Part shown: positions 50,001 to 60,804 of the stretch, one piece after another
Layout: each line of letters opens with the position of its first letter
Numbering within the stretch: position 1 is the stretch's first letter
Source of the DNA: Octopus sinensis
Taxonomy: Eukaryota
Reading direction: 5' to 3'
DNA length: 64,000 nt
NCBI RefSeq assembly: GCF_006345805.1
Contig: NC_043003.1
Location: 15,190,001 to 15,254,000, forward strand
Position numbers and translations under genes: made by a program
Notes under the pieces: generated by a model
The model's database searches: none
What the model was told of the DNA's origin: nothing
Seen by the model: the letters and a program-made list of their open reading frames with translations, nothing else

Positions 50001-52387
50001 TGGTGGTGTGGGGGTAAGAATTGACGTATAAAATAAATACACGTATAACAAAACGAAGTAATGTTTTTTTTTTTTACTTGGGTGATCTGAAGACAACCCA
50101 CCTCTATATTACACACAATACACACACTCTTTTATTTGTTTCAGTCATTTGACTGCAGCCGTGCTGGAGCACCGCCTTTAGTCGAACAAATCAGCCCCAG
50201 GACTTATTCAATCGGTCTCTTTTGCCGAACCTCTAAGTTACGGGGACGTAAACACACCAACATCGGTTGTCAAGCGATGGTGGTGGTAGTGGGGGAACAA
50301 ACACAGACACAAATAACAATACACACACACACATATACGACGGATTTCAGTTTCTGTCTACGAAATCCACTCACAAAGCTTTGGCCAGCCCGAGGCTAAA
50401 GTGGAAGACACTAGTCCAAGGTGCCACGCAGTGGGACTGAACCCGGAATCATGTGGTCGGTAAGAAAGCTACTTACCACAGCCACCCCTGCACAGACTGC
50501 GTTTTAGCAGCATTACACACCGCCAACCCGCGCAAATCAATGCACTAGCCCCTAAAATATTTATTTACGGACAGTAACCCACAGCATACACTGATCAGAA
50601 GTGGCCCCAGGGCAAATGCTCAGAGTTTCCATGACAACAAAATAAATAATAAACCATGATATAACCTAATAGTTATTTCAAGGCAATAACAATAACCTCT
50701 GGAGCCAATGAGAGAAACTTTTCACATAGCTCCACCTGCTAGAAATAGCAGCCACAATTCCACTCCCGCTTTTTTTTTCAGCAATAGACACAAGGCCTGG
50801 AATTTTGGAGGAGAGGGCTAGTCCATTACATCGACTCCAGTGCTGAACTGGTACTGAGTTTATCGACCCCAAAAGGATGAAAGATAAAGTCGACCTCAGC
50901 GGAATTTGAACTCAGACCGTAAAGCCGGTCGACATAGGGTTTAAGCATTCTCTTCGGCGTGCTAGCGATCATAACAGTTCACCGCCTCAGAGTTACCTTA
51001 AAGTCCTTAAAAAAAAGAAAGAAATGAAATGAACTGAAAGAAGAATATGATAATGTAGTCAGAGGCAAATTTTATACTTGAAAAAAAAAAAATGAAATAA
51101 AAGGGACATCCAAGGCCGGAATATTTTTGATCATCGGCTCACTCGATCAGGACATTTCCTGGGGTTAAATACTACTACTAACAATAACAAAATATTTTAA
51201 AATAAAATGTAACATCTAGTCGAGTGAATCGACTTCCGAATGATAATATTTTTGTTGTTGTTCTTGTTTAGCCCTAGGCCGTCTCCAAGCAGGTAAACTT
51301 ATAACCCAAAGCGTTTCAACCAGAGCCAGATTAAAAAACAAAAGAATTATTTTTACTTTTCCGGGCAACGTTTATTCAATATAACATTACCAAATGTAGT
51401 TTTAGATAAAATCTTTTCTAAATCATTACGAAGGATTTAAGGGGAATTTAGCTGCTATTTCTTTTAGGTCAAGCGACCGCATAAATGCATTTTTGCAAGT
51501 TCAAGAATGTTTGTGCATTAATGTAGTGTATTGATTAATAAAACATCTCACCTTTCGATAACAATAATTAATGAAAACAAAAGCGACTAAGTTTATCCAA
51601 AGAGCTATACGTAGTTACAATATGACATGTAAATGTATTTCGGGTATGCCCTACCTTAACAAGTATAGGGAATCGAAACCATGTAAGTTAGAACAAATAA
51701 GGAATTTTGACCATTGTTTATGAAAAGACAACATACGTATAGTTAAATAAACCGTCTATAGGATACATTGATGAAGAAATTTACAAAGGATCAAAAGCCG
51801 AATCGTGTCAGTCAGGGTCTTGGCTTCAGACCGGTGAAGATAAATCGTAATTTGGATATTGAAAAAACATTCGTTAGAATTCTTTAATGTCTCAATAGCC
51901 TCTGTTATCCCACATAAGTCGATCCAGATTTATTTTTGCCAAAATACGACGCCAATGTTGACGTGACAAATCGATTAAACTAGCAAATAAAATTAATTTG
52001 TTTTGCAGATACGAAACCTAGTTTATGTGGGGCTTCGAGGAAGTTACAGGATCTGATCTAAAAGGTACTTATTTTATAGATAGATGCCAGTAGCAAGGAA
52101 GAGAGACGACCACGCGGATGCGATCATCATTACGTTGGTTAATAAATATAAAAGTATGTTTCCGAAAAAGTTAAATTAAAATAAATTTTAAAAACCAAAC
52201 AAAACAAGCAGAATATCCCAAAAAAGAAAAAAGCTAATTAGAACTTCGTCGTCTGTTAAAATACTAACTTGTAACCCAGGAGATCCTGTTTTGTGAATTT
52301 TCTCAGCTGACAAAACTGAATGGGTGAGATGAGCAGGAAGAAAAATAAAAGCGTAACGGACGATCTCCATGTTCCCATCAACTTCAT
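30825..52387 (-). CDS. EDEM2: ER degradation-enhancing alpha-mannosidase-like protein 2 (GH47), 10 exons, 2067 nt, 688 aa
   Basis: complement(join(52269..52387,46119..46229,43606..43751,42253..42378,40315..40526,39968..40109,38868..38992,35242..35386,33164..33285,30825..31643)). All introns are GT-AG and all phases match. Signal peptide plus [50 protein letters not shown] and C-terminal CPxQPF, collinear with human EDEM2 as I recall it. Confidence 0.95.
32121..32566 (+). repeat. Compound purine microsatellite (GA/GAAA/GGAT), about 450 bp
   Basis: Almost pure purine strand with higher-order GAGGGATRGA units. Confidence 0.95.
33164..33285 (-). CDS. EDEM2: EDEM2 exon 9
   Basis: (E)[15 protein letters not shown]...TRCGFAT; donor gtaaga. 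Confidence 0.95.
34800..35050 (-). mobile_element. tRNA-derived SINE family D, representative copy
   Basis: GTGGCTTAGTGGTTAGGG head plus TTGCTCCAGTC.ACTCAGCTG core. Copies at 15880-16130 and 28318-29005. Confidence 0.75.
35242..35386 (-). CDS. EDEM2: EDEM2 exon 8
   Basis: [10 protein letters not shown]...[14 protein letters not shown]...REGYPLRP. Confidence 0.95.
35433..35875 (-). mobile_element. Non-autonomous Helitron (same family as 9162-9564)
   Basis: Near-collinear with 9162-9564; terminal CTAG mutated. Confidence 0.75.
36442..36559 (+). pseudogene. Dispersed 5S rRNA pseudogene
   Basis: About 118 nt matching metazoan/mollusc 5S (…GGCTATATCACTTTGAAAACACCAGTTCTCGTCC…AAGTTAAGC…GCCTGGTTAGTACTT.GATGGGTGACCGC.TGGGAA…GGTGCTGTAAGC). 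The 5' strand of helix I is degenerate, there is no T-run terminator, and a short A tract follows. Confidence 0.85.
37521..37838 (-). mobile_element. CR1/L2-clade LINE 3' remnant
   Basis: [20 protein letters not shown]…[13 protein letters not shown] resembles the C-terminus of CR1-type ORF2. Confidence 0.55.
37851..38365 (-). mobile_element. Non-autonomous Helitron, different internal sequence
   Basis: CCCGGGCAATGCCGGG hairpin plus CTAG|T; TC(TA)n 5' end with a GACA-type microsatellite. Confidence 0.7.
38375..38559. repeat. Nested perfect inverted repeats
   Basis: 34-bp arms 38400-38433 / 38439-38472 inside 27-bp arms 38375-38401 / 38533-38559. Confidence 0.93.
38868..38992 (-). CDS. EDEM2: EDEM2 exon 7
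   Basis: [17 protein letters not shown]...[10 protein letters not shown]. Confidence 0.95.
39187..39911. mobile_element. piggyBac-like MITE interrupted by a Tc2/pogo-like MITE
   Basis: TTAA flanks and CCCTT..AGC termini; the two halves rejoin to match 25013-25230 once 39223-39721 is removed. Confidence 0.75.
39223..39721 (+). mobile_element. Tc2/pogo-like MITE
   Basis: TA-flanked, same TIRs as 20931-21441. Confidence 0.85.
39968..40109 (-). CDS. EDEM2: EDEM2 exon 6
   Basis: [12 protein letters not shown]...[16 protein letters not shown]...LAMFN. Confidence 0.95.
40315..40526 (-). CDS. EDEM2: EDEM2 exon 5
   Basis: [15 protein letters not shown]...[13 protein letters not shown]...RSDIDL; donor gtaagt. 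Confidence 0.95.
41703..42150 (-). mobile_element. RTE-tailed non-autonomous retroelement with internal VNTR (family E)
   Basis: GGTTGGCGTTAGGAAGGGCATCCAGCC…(GAT)n tail on the - strand. Copies at 12355-12720, 20270-20600, 36745-37097, 47460-48120. Confidence 0.75.
42253..42378 (-). CDS. EDEM2: EDEM2 exon 4
   Basis: [16 protein letters not shown]...GWPCSGPLL...RRLLP. Confidence 0.95.
42560..42933 (-). mobile_element. Non-autonomous Helitron with extended terminal palindrome
   Basis: Same termini type; (GACA)n near the 5' end; inserted in a 26-bp minisatellite. Confidence 0.7.
42990..43078 (+). repeat. 26-bp minisatellite (3 exact units plus degenerate units from about 42490)
   Basis: Unit GAAGCCTTCACATAGCAGCTGTGCTT. 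Confidence 0.9.
43606..43751 (-). CDS. EDEM2: EDEM2 exon 3
   Basis: [12 protein letters not shown]...[10 protein letters not shown]; ctccag| acceptor and |gtaagt donor. Confidence 0.95.
43953..45265. mobile_element. Cluster of three hAT-like MITE copies (43953-44501 with a SINE insertion; 44759-45069; partial 45172-45265)
   Basis: TIR CAGTGGCGRMCTGG / CCAGTCCRCCACT and shared internal sequence; TA-rich flanks, no clear 8-bp TSD. Confidence 0.65.
45333..46098 (+). repeat. Near-identical 253-bp tandem triplication
   Basis: Units start at 45333, 45591 and 45844; junctions lie in A tracts. Confidence 0.95.
46119..46229 (-). CDS. EDEM2: EDEM2 exon 2
   Basis: [14 protein letters not shown]...[15 protein letters not shown]; tttccag| acceptor and |gtgaga donor. 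Confidence 0.95.
47462..47960. repeat. 26-bp minisatellite, about 19 units
   Basis: Unit GCCACGTAAAAAGCACCAGTGCTGGT. Confidence 0.92.
48843..49035 (+). mobile_element. HERO-like (RLE) LINE 3' remnant
   Basis: [17 protein letters not shown] followed by a ctgatgctgaaagatccgaa-type 3' UTR; a homologous inverted copy lies at about 56280-56425. The clade call is from recall of HERO termini. Confidence 0.45.
49473..49569 (+). repeat. Interstitial telomere-like (TTAGGG variant) array
   Basis: TTAGGG, TTGGGG and TTTTAGGG units. Confidence 0.9.
52269..52387 (-). CDS. EDEM2: EDEM2 exon 1 (signal peptide)
   Basis: [39 protein letters not shown], then AA|gttagt; phase 2 fits exon 2. Confidence 0.82.
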
Positions 52388-53224
52388 ATTCCGTAATTAA
52401 ATGGCCACTCAAGTGCGTGCTGGGTTCGCCGCCATCCTGCATTCATGTCTCTACTAGGACTTCTGCTAATGTTGATCGACCACTATCATACGTTAGGGCC
52501 TTCAAGCGAACAAGAAAGTTATTTTAACTTCACTGTTAAGCTAAGATCTAAGGGAAGCAACAATTTTAGACGCTTTCGTCTTTTATTTATTTTCTGTTAA
52601 CGTTTCTGCCAGCTCGCCGTCCAGGTCGTTGCACTTAATAATAAACACATGCAGTGCGTGTGTTTATTATTGGCCTAATGACCGTCCCGAGATACAAAAA
52701 AAAATTTTAGAAGCTATTCTGGTATTTTCTATACCATTTCAGCCGTCTCAAATGATGGCTGTAATGGTAGAATTTATGGGAAATAGGCAGAAAACTGAGA
52801 GACAAAAATATAAGGAATTAACCTTTTTTAACAAAAATTATTTCACTCGAAGAAACGACCGCCTGATTACTTTTCTTTCCTTTTAAGGTAGTGATAGCTT
52901 TATCTCTAGTCTTTTACTTGATTCAGTCATTAGACTGCTGCCATCCTGGGGCACCACCTTGAAGAATTTTAGTCGAAAGAATAAACCCCTGTACTTGACA
53001 TTTTTTAAAAACCTGGTACTTATTTTATCGATCTATTTTGCTGAATCGTTAAGTTACGGGGGCGCAAACACACCAGTACCAGTTGTCAAGCGGTGGTGGG
53101 ACCCCCCCCCACACACAATCAAATGAATAATAACAGACGATGGATAATTGTCAGCTATTTCTTACTCAGTTTTTAATAGAAGAATTAGAATACTACTTCA
53201 TTACAAAAAGAAAAAAAAAAAAAA

Positions 53225-53593
53225 CCCGTGGTGGAAGCACTGTCGGTTACGACGACGATGGTTCCGGTTGATCCGAATCAACGGAACAGCCTGCTCGTGA
53301 AATTAACGTGTAAGTGGATGAGCACTCCACAGACACGTGTACCCTTAACGTAGTTCTCGGGGATATTCAGCGTGACACAGAGAGTGACAACGCCGGCCCC
53401 TTGAAATACAGGTACAACAGAAACAGGAAGTAAGAGTGAGAGAAAGTTGTGGTGAAAGAGTACAGCAGGGATCACCACCATCCCCTGCAGGAGCCTCGTG
53501 GAGCTTTATGTGTTTTCGTTCAATAAACACTCACAACGCCCGGTCTGGGAATCGAAACTGCGATCCTATGACCACTGGGCCATTGTGCCTCCA
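53225..53593 (-). mobile_element. tRNA-derived SINE family C, representative copy
   Basis: TGGAGGCRCAATGGCCCAGTGGT…GGTTTCGATTCCC head. Copies at 27975-28255, 31700-31930, 34505-34797, 46320-46490, 54105-54400. Confidence 0.8.
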
Positions 53594-54689
53594 ATGAGAA
53601 TACTACTTCATTACAAAAAGAAAAATAAACAAAAACAAAAGCCCGTAATCATCAGATGAAACATAATTTTACAAATAGAACAATATCCCAGGAATATGGC
53701 AGGAACGTGACTGAAGTCTGTCGAGGCTAACTATGAATTGGGAGAATGACCAACAAAACTGACCGTTGTGGGCATTAAGGGGTGGGGTTAGGTCAAGAAT
53801 ATTATATTACACCTTTTCACAAACTGTATTTATTTCTTTACTACCCACAAGGGGCTAAACACAGAGGGGACAAACAAGGACAGACAAAGGGATTAACTCG
53901 ATTATATCGACCCCTGTGCGTAACTGGTACTTTATTTAATCGACCCCGAAAGGGTGAAAGGAAAAGTCGACCTCGGCGGAATTTGAACTCAAAACGTAGC
54001 GGCAGATGAAATACTGCTAAGCATTTCGCCCGGCGTGCTAACGTTTCTGCCAGCTCGCCACCTTAAACAAACTATATTCTTAACCTAACCCTAACCCTTG
54101 TGGGTCGTTAGAGCAGCGGACTCGCGGTCAGAGGATCACGGTTTCGATTCCCAGACCGGGTATTGTGTGTGTTTATTGAGCGAAAACACCTAAAGCTTCA
54201 CGAGGCTCCGGCAGTGGGTTGTGGCAACCCCTGTTGTACTCTTTCGCCCCAACTTTCTCTCACTCTTTCTTCCTGTTTATTGGGTAACGCTGCGATGGAC
54301 TGGCGTCCAGCTGGGGGGAACACATACGCCACAGAAACCAGGAAACCGGGCCCATGGTTTCAAGCCAACCTGGCTAGGCTTGAAAAGGGCGCATAAAAAA
54401 TAAAACAACCCTACCCCTTAATGCCCACAACGGCCAGTTTTGTTGGTCATTCATAGTTAGTCTTGTAGTGGAAAAGGTGTCTCAAAATGTGTTGAGGTAA
54501 ACAGATGCGATAGGCATGTGGATGCCTTTGAAGTAAATAACGAATGACATCGATTTATAGTTTAAATAATTTATTTACTGGACTTGCATTTGCTGAGAAG
54601 AATAGAAACAACAGGATACATCTGTAATATGATGTGGCAGAACTGAATATGTTTTGCGTCTGTGTGTCATAATAATAATAATGAAATTA

Positions 54690-55060
54690 ATTGTATACAG
54701 TGCTCAGGTGCACCACAACTTGTCAGAAAGTGCATATAAAGTACATGCAGTAATGTAGAAATGTCTGGAAAGCGAACAATGTATGAGTCAGATACATGCT
54801 TGTGTGTGTATGGAGGGGAGAAAATCAAGTGTAGTGTTGGCGAATCTCAGGAAGCATGGAAGTTTTGAAGGATGCAGTGCTCCGACAACTAACAACTGAT
54901 GCCGGCAGTTTGTTCCATGCTTCAGCAACTCTCAGCGTGAAAAAATGTTTCCTGAAGTCATGGGAGCTGTGCTGTTTCCTGACTTTGTAAATATGTCCAC
55001 GGGTGTTAGATGGGTGGAGTTTGGAAAGGTGCTCAGAGTTATTGTTTGTACGATGGTTGA
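54690..55060 (-). mobile_element. CR1-clade LINE 3' end
   Basis: NTRGHIYKV…RKHFFTLRVAEAWNKLPASVV; a related decayed copy lies at about 24385-24575 (+). Confidence 0.8.
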
Positions 55061-55497
55061 TAATTTTTTGTGTGGTTGATAATGGTTGATAATGGTTGAT
55101 AATGTGTGCGTCGTTCATCTGATAAAATACTGGTCGGCTATCTCGTTCGCTCTATCTTCGTCCCAGGTCCTTTTTGCCTGTCCCTTTGCTGACCGCGGTA
55201 TTTATAACAGTTGTGGAAGCTAGAAAGACAGACATACTGCAGGAGAGATTGCGTCTAAATAGGTCAGCTCCTGTCCATTTGAACTTCGCCTGACATGGCT
55301 GAGGTCGTTGGTCAAAAGGAGATGATCTATCAATTTTTGACCGGGCAAAGAGAATTTCTTTCGCGCCTGTTTGGACAGTGGTGGCTCAGACGTGCGAGAA
55401 TCCTTAGATTCGGTGAAATGAAATGTTCCTTGTTCTAAGAGATCTGACCATATTCTTATGAAGTGATATTTTTAGGAACATGCGCGCGCATACACGC

Positions 55498-55779
55498 TCA
55501 CTCACTTCTGCACGCGAGCGCGAACACACACACACACACATCATCATTTACTATGTTACGCCAGACTTCACGGTCCATCATGGCATTACGGAGGTCCTGT
55601 TGCTGGATGCCTGTATCCCTGGAGATTACATCAGGGTAGGAGAGTGTGCGCCCTCTGGTATTGCGAGTAGATGGCTTCCAGGGGAGAAGAGTAGAAATTA
55701 CTTCTTTTTCAGGTCTACAACAATGTCCAGCAAACTGGACTCTCCTACCTTTCACAAGAGATGATGGTCCCGACAACAT
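55498..55779 (-). mobile_element. RTEX/RTE-like LINE 3' end
   Basis: RRVQFAGHCCRPEKEVISTLLPWKP…RGRTLSYPDVISRDTG…MDREVWR. Confidence 0.75.
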
Positions 55780-56868
55780 CCCAGCTATAATTTGGAAGGA
55801 TGATAGATTTCACACAATTTTGATCCCTCGTCACACACACACAGACACAAGCACACGCACACATTCTTTGTTTAGCAATAACTTTCCTACATAATGATAT
55901 AAATAATGACTCGTAGCAAAGTCACAAGTTTGGAGAGAGAGAGAGAAATCGATTAAATTGACCCCCCCCCACCCAGTCCGTACATTATTGATATTTATTT
56001 TAATCAACTCCGGAAGGATGCGAGGCGAAGTTGATCTTTGCGAGATGTAAATTCAAGGCATGAAGATTCGAACACAAATACCACAAGGCATTTTCTTCGG
56101 TGCTCTAACGATTCTGCTCACGACCGTCATCAAAAATAAATATTTTTTTGATAAAGATGGTATTCGAACTCGCATTGAGTAGCAGTCTGCTATAACCACC
56201 GAGCTAGTTAGTAACAAAACTTATCTCCCTTAGAAGTCATCGTATGAGTTACTTCCCTTAGTTTAGTTTTAACTTTTTGAAGACGCATCTCATGGATTCT
56301 CTGGGATTTCCTGGGATCTCAGGAAGTTCTGGGTCTTTTAACATCAGACCCCCTCGCTCAGTTGACTCAGTCCGAGTTGGTTAAGTCCCAAAATGCGTCC
56401 CAGTAGCAGCAAACCACTGGCCTGCCCTCTTTATCTTAGAAATACTAATTACACAAGTTAAGTTATGTCCCTTAGGTGCAGAAATATTTCGTTTTCTTGA
56501 CTTGACGTTTAAAAATTCTTAATTTCTTTCTTTCTCATTTCTTTTAACAAGTCTTAGTGGAAACAAAATCGTATAGAATAAAATATTCTCTTTATTTTGC
56601 TATCAATTTCTCTATATTGGTTCTCAATATCATCTCTCTAGCATAATTCTTAAGTATGAAACATTTTCTTTTCTGTTCTATTTACTCTTTTACTTGTTTC
56701 AGTCATGTGACTGTGGCCATGCTGGAGCACCGCCTTTAGTCGAGCAAATCGACCCCAGGACTTATTCTTTGTAGGCCAAGTACTTATTCTATCGGTGTCT
56801 TTTGCCGAACCGCTAAGTTACGGGGACGCAAGCATACCAGCATCGGTTGTCAAGTGATGTTGTGGGGA

Positions 56869-56871
<3 letters not shown>

Positions 56872-56956
<85 letters not shown>

Positions 56957-56957
56957 C
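56872..56957 (+). repeat. (CA)n(TA)n microsatellite inside a SINE B copy
   Basis: Direct reading; similar tracts at 46917-47077, 57465-57625 and 60505-60580. Confidence 0.95.
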
Positions 56958-57460
56958 GACGGGCTTCTTTCAGTTTCCATCTACCAAATCCACTCGCAAG
57001 GCTTTTGTTGGCCTGAAGCTATAGTAGAAGACACTTGCCCAATGTGCCATGCAGTGGGACTGAACCCGGAACCATGTGGTTGGTAAGCAAGCTACTTACC
57101 ACACAGCCACTCCTACGCCTACTTGTTCATTCTTTTAATAGTTGCAGTCGTATGGCCTTGGCCATGTTGGAGCACCGCCTTAAGTTCAACTATTTTCCAT
57201 ATTGAGTTTGTGTTTTCACGGTTCATTTTGTCAAGTGGGAGTGATGTTCCAGAACCACCAAATTTCGTATTGTTTGTGTAATATACCTTACAACAGAAAG
57301 TTAGAAATTGATGCAAAAAGCAGAGAAAAATATTTTCAAAGCTTCTTGGTACCAAAATGTGGACGTAAATTTTCCTCTGATTGTGAAGGTCCTGAAAATG
57401 AAGTATGACATATCAATTTTGTTAATTTTGCCCACTCAGTTGTATCTCTCAATTTATCTT

Positions 57461-57515
<55 letters not shown>

Positions 57516-57537
57516 GTACACACACACACACACACAC

Positions 57538-57615
<78 letters not shown>

Positions 57616-57696
57616 ATATATATATGGATTTTGTAGACAGGAACTGAAACAAATCAATCGTATATATATGTATGTATATATGTAAGTGTATGTGTT

Positions 57697-58655
57697 TTGG
57701 TATTGGCAACATGACTGACAATGGCCACAGACTACTTGAATTTTGCACATACCATAACCTGTGAATCACCAACACATTCTTTGCCAACAAAACATCCCAC
57801 AAGGCATTTTGGAGACATCCAAGATCTCACCACTGGCATCATCTGGATCTCATCATTACACGAAGATCCTTTCTAAATTCTGTTCAACTGACTCGTAGTT
57901 ACCACAGCGCGAATTGTGACACAGATCATTCACTAATAAGAAGCAGGGTGAGGATTCTGCCTAAAAAAGTCCATCACTCCAAGAAAATGGGCCGACTACG
58001 CATTAACACTGCCTGAACCTCGGACCCTACACTGCGACAATGTTTTGCTGTTTCTATCAAAGTTGTCCTCAGTAGCTGCCCGACCTCCTCTGCTGAAAGT
58101 AGGTGGAATTATATCAGGGAAGCTTTGTATACTACATTAATAGATACTTTCGGCATGAGAGAAAGGCAAAACCCAGATTTTGTTCAGTGCTCGGCTCTCA
58201 GAGCTGGAACCAGTTATCGAAGCAAAGCGTGCAGTTCTGATGCAATACATGAGTATGAGATGGCTTGGACATGTTAGCCGTATGGAAGATGGCAGAATCC
58301 CCAAGGACATACTCAACGGAGAGCTTGCTAGGGGCACTATGCCTGTGGGAAGACCGTTCTTACGATACAAGGATGTTTGCAAAAGGGACATGAATGCCTG
58401 CAACATCAATATTACCAACTGGGAAGCAGTTGCCCGCAACCGTGGAGATTGGCGACGTACCGTAAAAGAGGGAACACAAAGGAGTGACATAGAGGGAGAG
58501 GAGAAATGGAAAGACAAGAAAAGACGTCAACAAGAAAGTATGACATTACAACCAGCCAGGCAAAGTCTTCGCTACATTTGCGGCACCTGCCAAAGGGAGT
58601 GTTTGTCCAGGATAGGACTGCACAGCCACAGCAGGAGATGCATTAGGACATGAAA
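57697..58655 (+). mobile_element. RTE (BovB-like) LINE remnant lacking the RT domain
   Basis: APE C-half (GIGNMTDNGHRLLEFC…WRHPRSHHWHHLDL…DTDHSL), linker, then directly RWLGHVSRMEDGRIPKDIL…RYKDVCKRD and a C2H2-like tail. Confidence 0.88.
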
Positions 58656-59729
58656 TGTAAAAGCCACATCTTTGTCTATATATCTACCTTCTCTATAATG
58701 TTGCCACAATTTCCCACAATTTCGTCATTTTATCTAAGCAAAAACGAATACAGTTGTGCTCTTGGAAGCTGTAGGGTTACCCGAGCATAAAAGTTGGGCA
58801 TTATTTCTAATTCAGTGGTACAACAGTGTAACAGTTTGCTTTGACATACATTTACATTGTGATTTCTGCAATGTGGTGCATAAATTGTCAAGTAAATGAG
58901 AGGCATCTTTGCCTCCACTGATTCAGTGGTAAAGTGTTGAGTAAAGTTATTTGATTGAAGACCTCCTTTCAGTCTTTTTATTATCACTCGGTCACACATA
59001 GTCCCCAGATGGTACATTGATTTAAAGGCCTTCCCAGATGAGTGACTGGTTATTCAAAGACATTTATAGATTTTAAATTTATTCTGTCCAGTTACGTATC
59101 AGTATAGTGGTCATTTAATTTCTCCTTAGCCCTCACGTCACACAGTTGTTAATGTTGATTTCAGTTGGGTCACGCCCTTCCAATTGCTATAGATTCGTAA
59201 TGCATCTTACGGCTGTGCCTGTCACCTGGATGGTGAGGAATCCTACATTGGGAGTAGTAACGACTAGGGTAGGGTAACTAACTGCTTATTGTGATCATTC
59301 GTCTTTTGGTTTCCTGTAGCTTTGCTCTCTTTTACAAACCCAGTGAACATATATTTCCATGTGGTTGGTAAGCAAGCTACATACCACACAGCCATGAGTT
59401 TAAAAGAAAATTTTATATGATTTTCAAAGTGATTCGATATTTGGGTTTCTATAACTAAGAAAAAAAACTTCATTAATATAGATATACTTAAGAAGGCGGC
59501 GAACAGATAGAATCGTTGGCATTCTGGACAAAATGCTTAGCGGCATTACGTTCTGAGTTCAAATTCCACCGAGATAGACTCTATTTATCATCCTTTCGGC
59601 GTCGATAAAGTAAGTCCCAGTAAGCACTGGGATCGATTGAGCCCCTTCACCGAAATTTCTGACCTTGTGCCAAAGTTTGAAACCGATACAACTGCCCTAA
59701 AGGCGTCAAGCTGGCAGAATCGCTGGAGT

Positions 59730-59960
59730 GCGGCGAGCTGGCAGAAACGTTAGCACGCCGGGCGAAATGCTTAGCGGTATTTCGTCTGCCGCTACGTTCT
59801 GAGTTCAAATTCCGGCGAGGTCGACTTTGCCTTTCATCTTTTCGGGGTCGATTAAATAAATACCAGTTACGCACTGGAGTCGATGTAATCGACTTAATTC
59901 GTTTGTCTGTCCTTGTTTGTCTCCTCTATGTTTAGCCCCTTGTGGGTAATAAAGAAATAA
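59730..59960 (+). mobile_element. tRNA-derived SINE family A (octopus OK/OR-type), representative copy
   Basis: GGCGAGCTGGCAGAA…GAGTTCAAATTCC head (A/B-box-like). More than 15 copies, e.g. 250-461, 4078-4297, 14735-14945, 19550-19770, 33930-34162, 43325-43552, 44176-44410, 53830-54065. Confidence 0.85.
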
Positions 59961-60509
59961 GAATCGCTGGAGTGTTGGGAGAAATGCTTTGCGGTATTTG
60001 TTCCAGCGTTCTGAGTTCAAATCTCGCCGAGGTAAACTTTTTTTTTCTTTTATCCATCCATCCGGGGTCGATAAAATAATGTAGTAGTTAAGTACTAGGG
60101 TCAGTGGTATCGACTTACCTTACCCCTGAAAATTGTTGGCTTTCTGCCCATAACACAAAACAAAACAAAAAAAAAAAAGAATGAAAGAGAAAAAGAAAAA
60201 AGAAAAATACAAATGCCTTTATCAAAATTATAACTTTACTTCACACACAATAAACGTACTTGAAAAATACTGCGTTAACTCTTCAAGTTTTGCTTGGTTG
60301 TAGTGTAAAACTGTTTTTTAGCCCTATTTTTACTCAGTAAATGATATTTTGCAAATTCTTGATTGGCACGCTTGGGTGATAGATTTTTTTATAGGATTTT
60401 TTTTCGTTAACTTTGTAAATTTTACAATCTTACTGACCACTGCAGTAATTCTTAAGAAACTGTCGAATCCTCATACGTCGTCCAACGACGGAAGAGTCCA
60501 TTATATATA

Positions 60510-60568
<59 letters not shown>

Positions 60569-60804
60569 ATATTATATATGTACATACATATACACATATT
60601 CATATATATTATACAGGTTCTTATCTTTTATCTTTTTACCTGTTTCAGTCAATATACTGTCCCTTTCTAGGGCATGGCACTCGAATGAATCGACCCCAGT
60701 ACTTACTTTTTTAAAACTAAATTTAAAACTAAATTTCTCAGCGAAAATGATAACCAGAAATGAGAATTTAACGGAGCAATCCGTACGGAGTAACTTTACA
60801 TTAA

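Noticed and set aside
52016-52071. Apparent + strand cassette exon (ttttgcag…aaag|gtactt) in EDEM2 intron 1
   Set aside because: No partner exons or coding signal; splice-like words are common in AT-rich DNA.
52188-52442. 84-aa ORF MQDGG… as an independent gene or as the EDEM2 start
   Set aside because: It is out of frame with EDEM2 exon 2 and runs into the intron; the signal-peptide frame starts at 52387. Kept only as a possible uORF.
55120-55480. Possible LTR or promoter between two LINE tails
   Set aside because: CpG-rich and unique in the window, but no termini, TSD or second copy to support a call.
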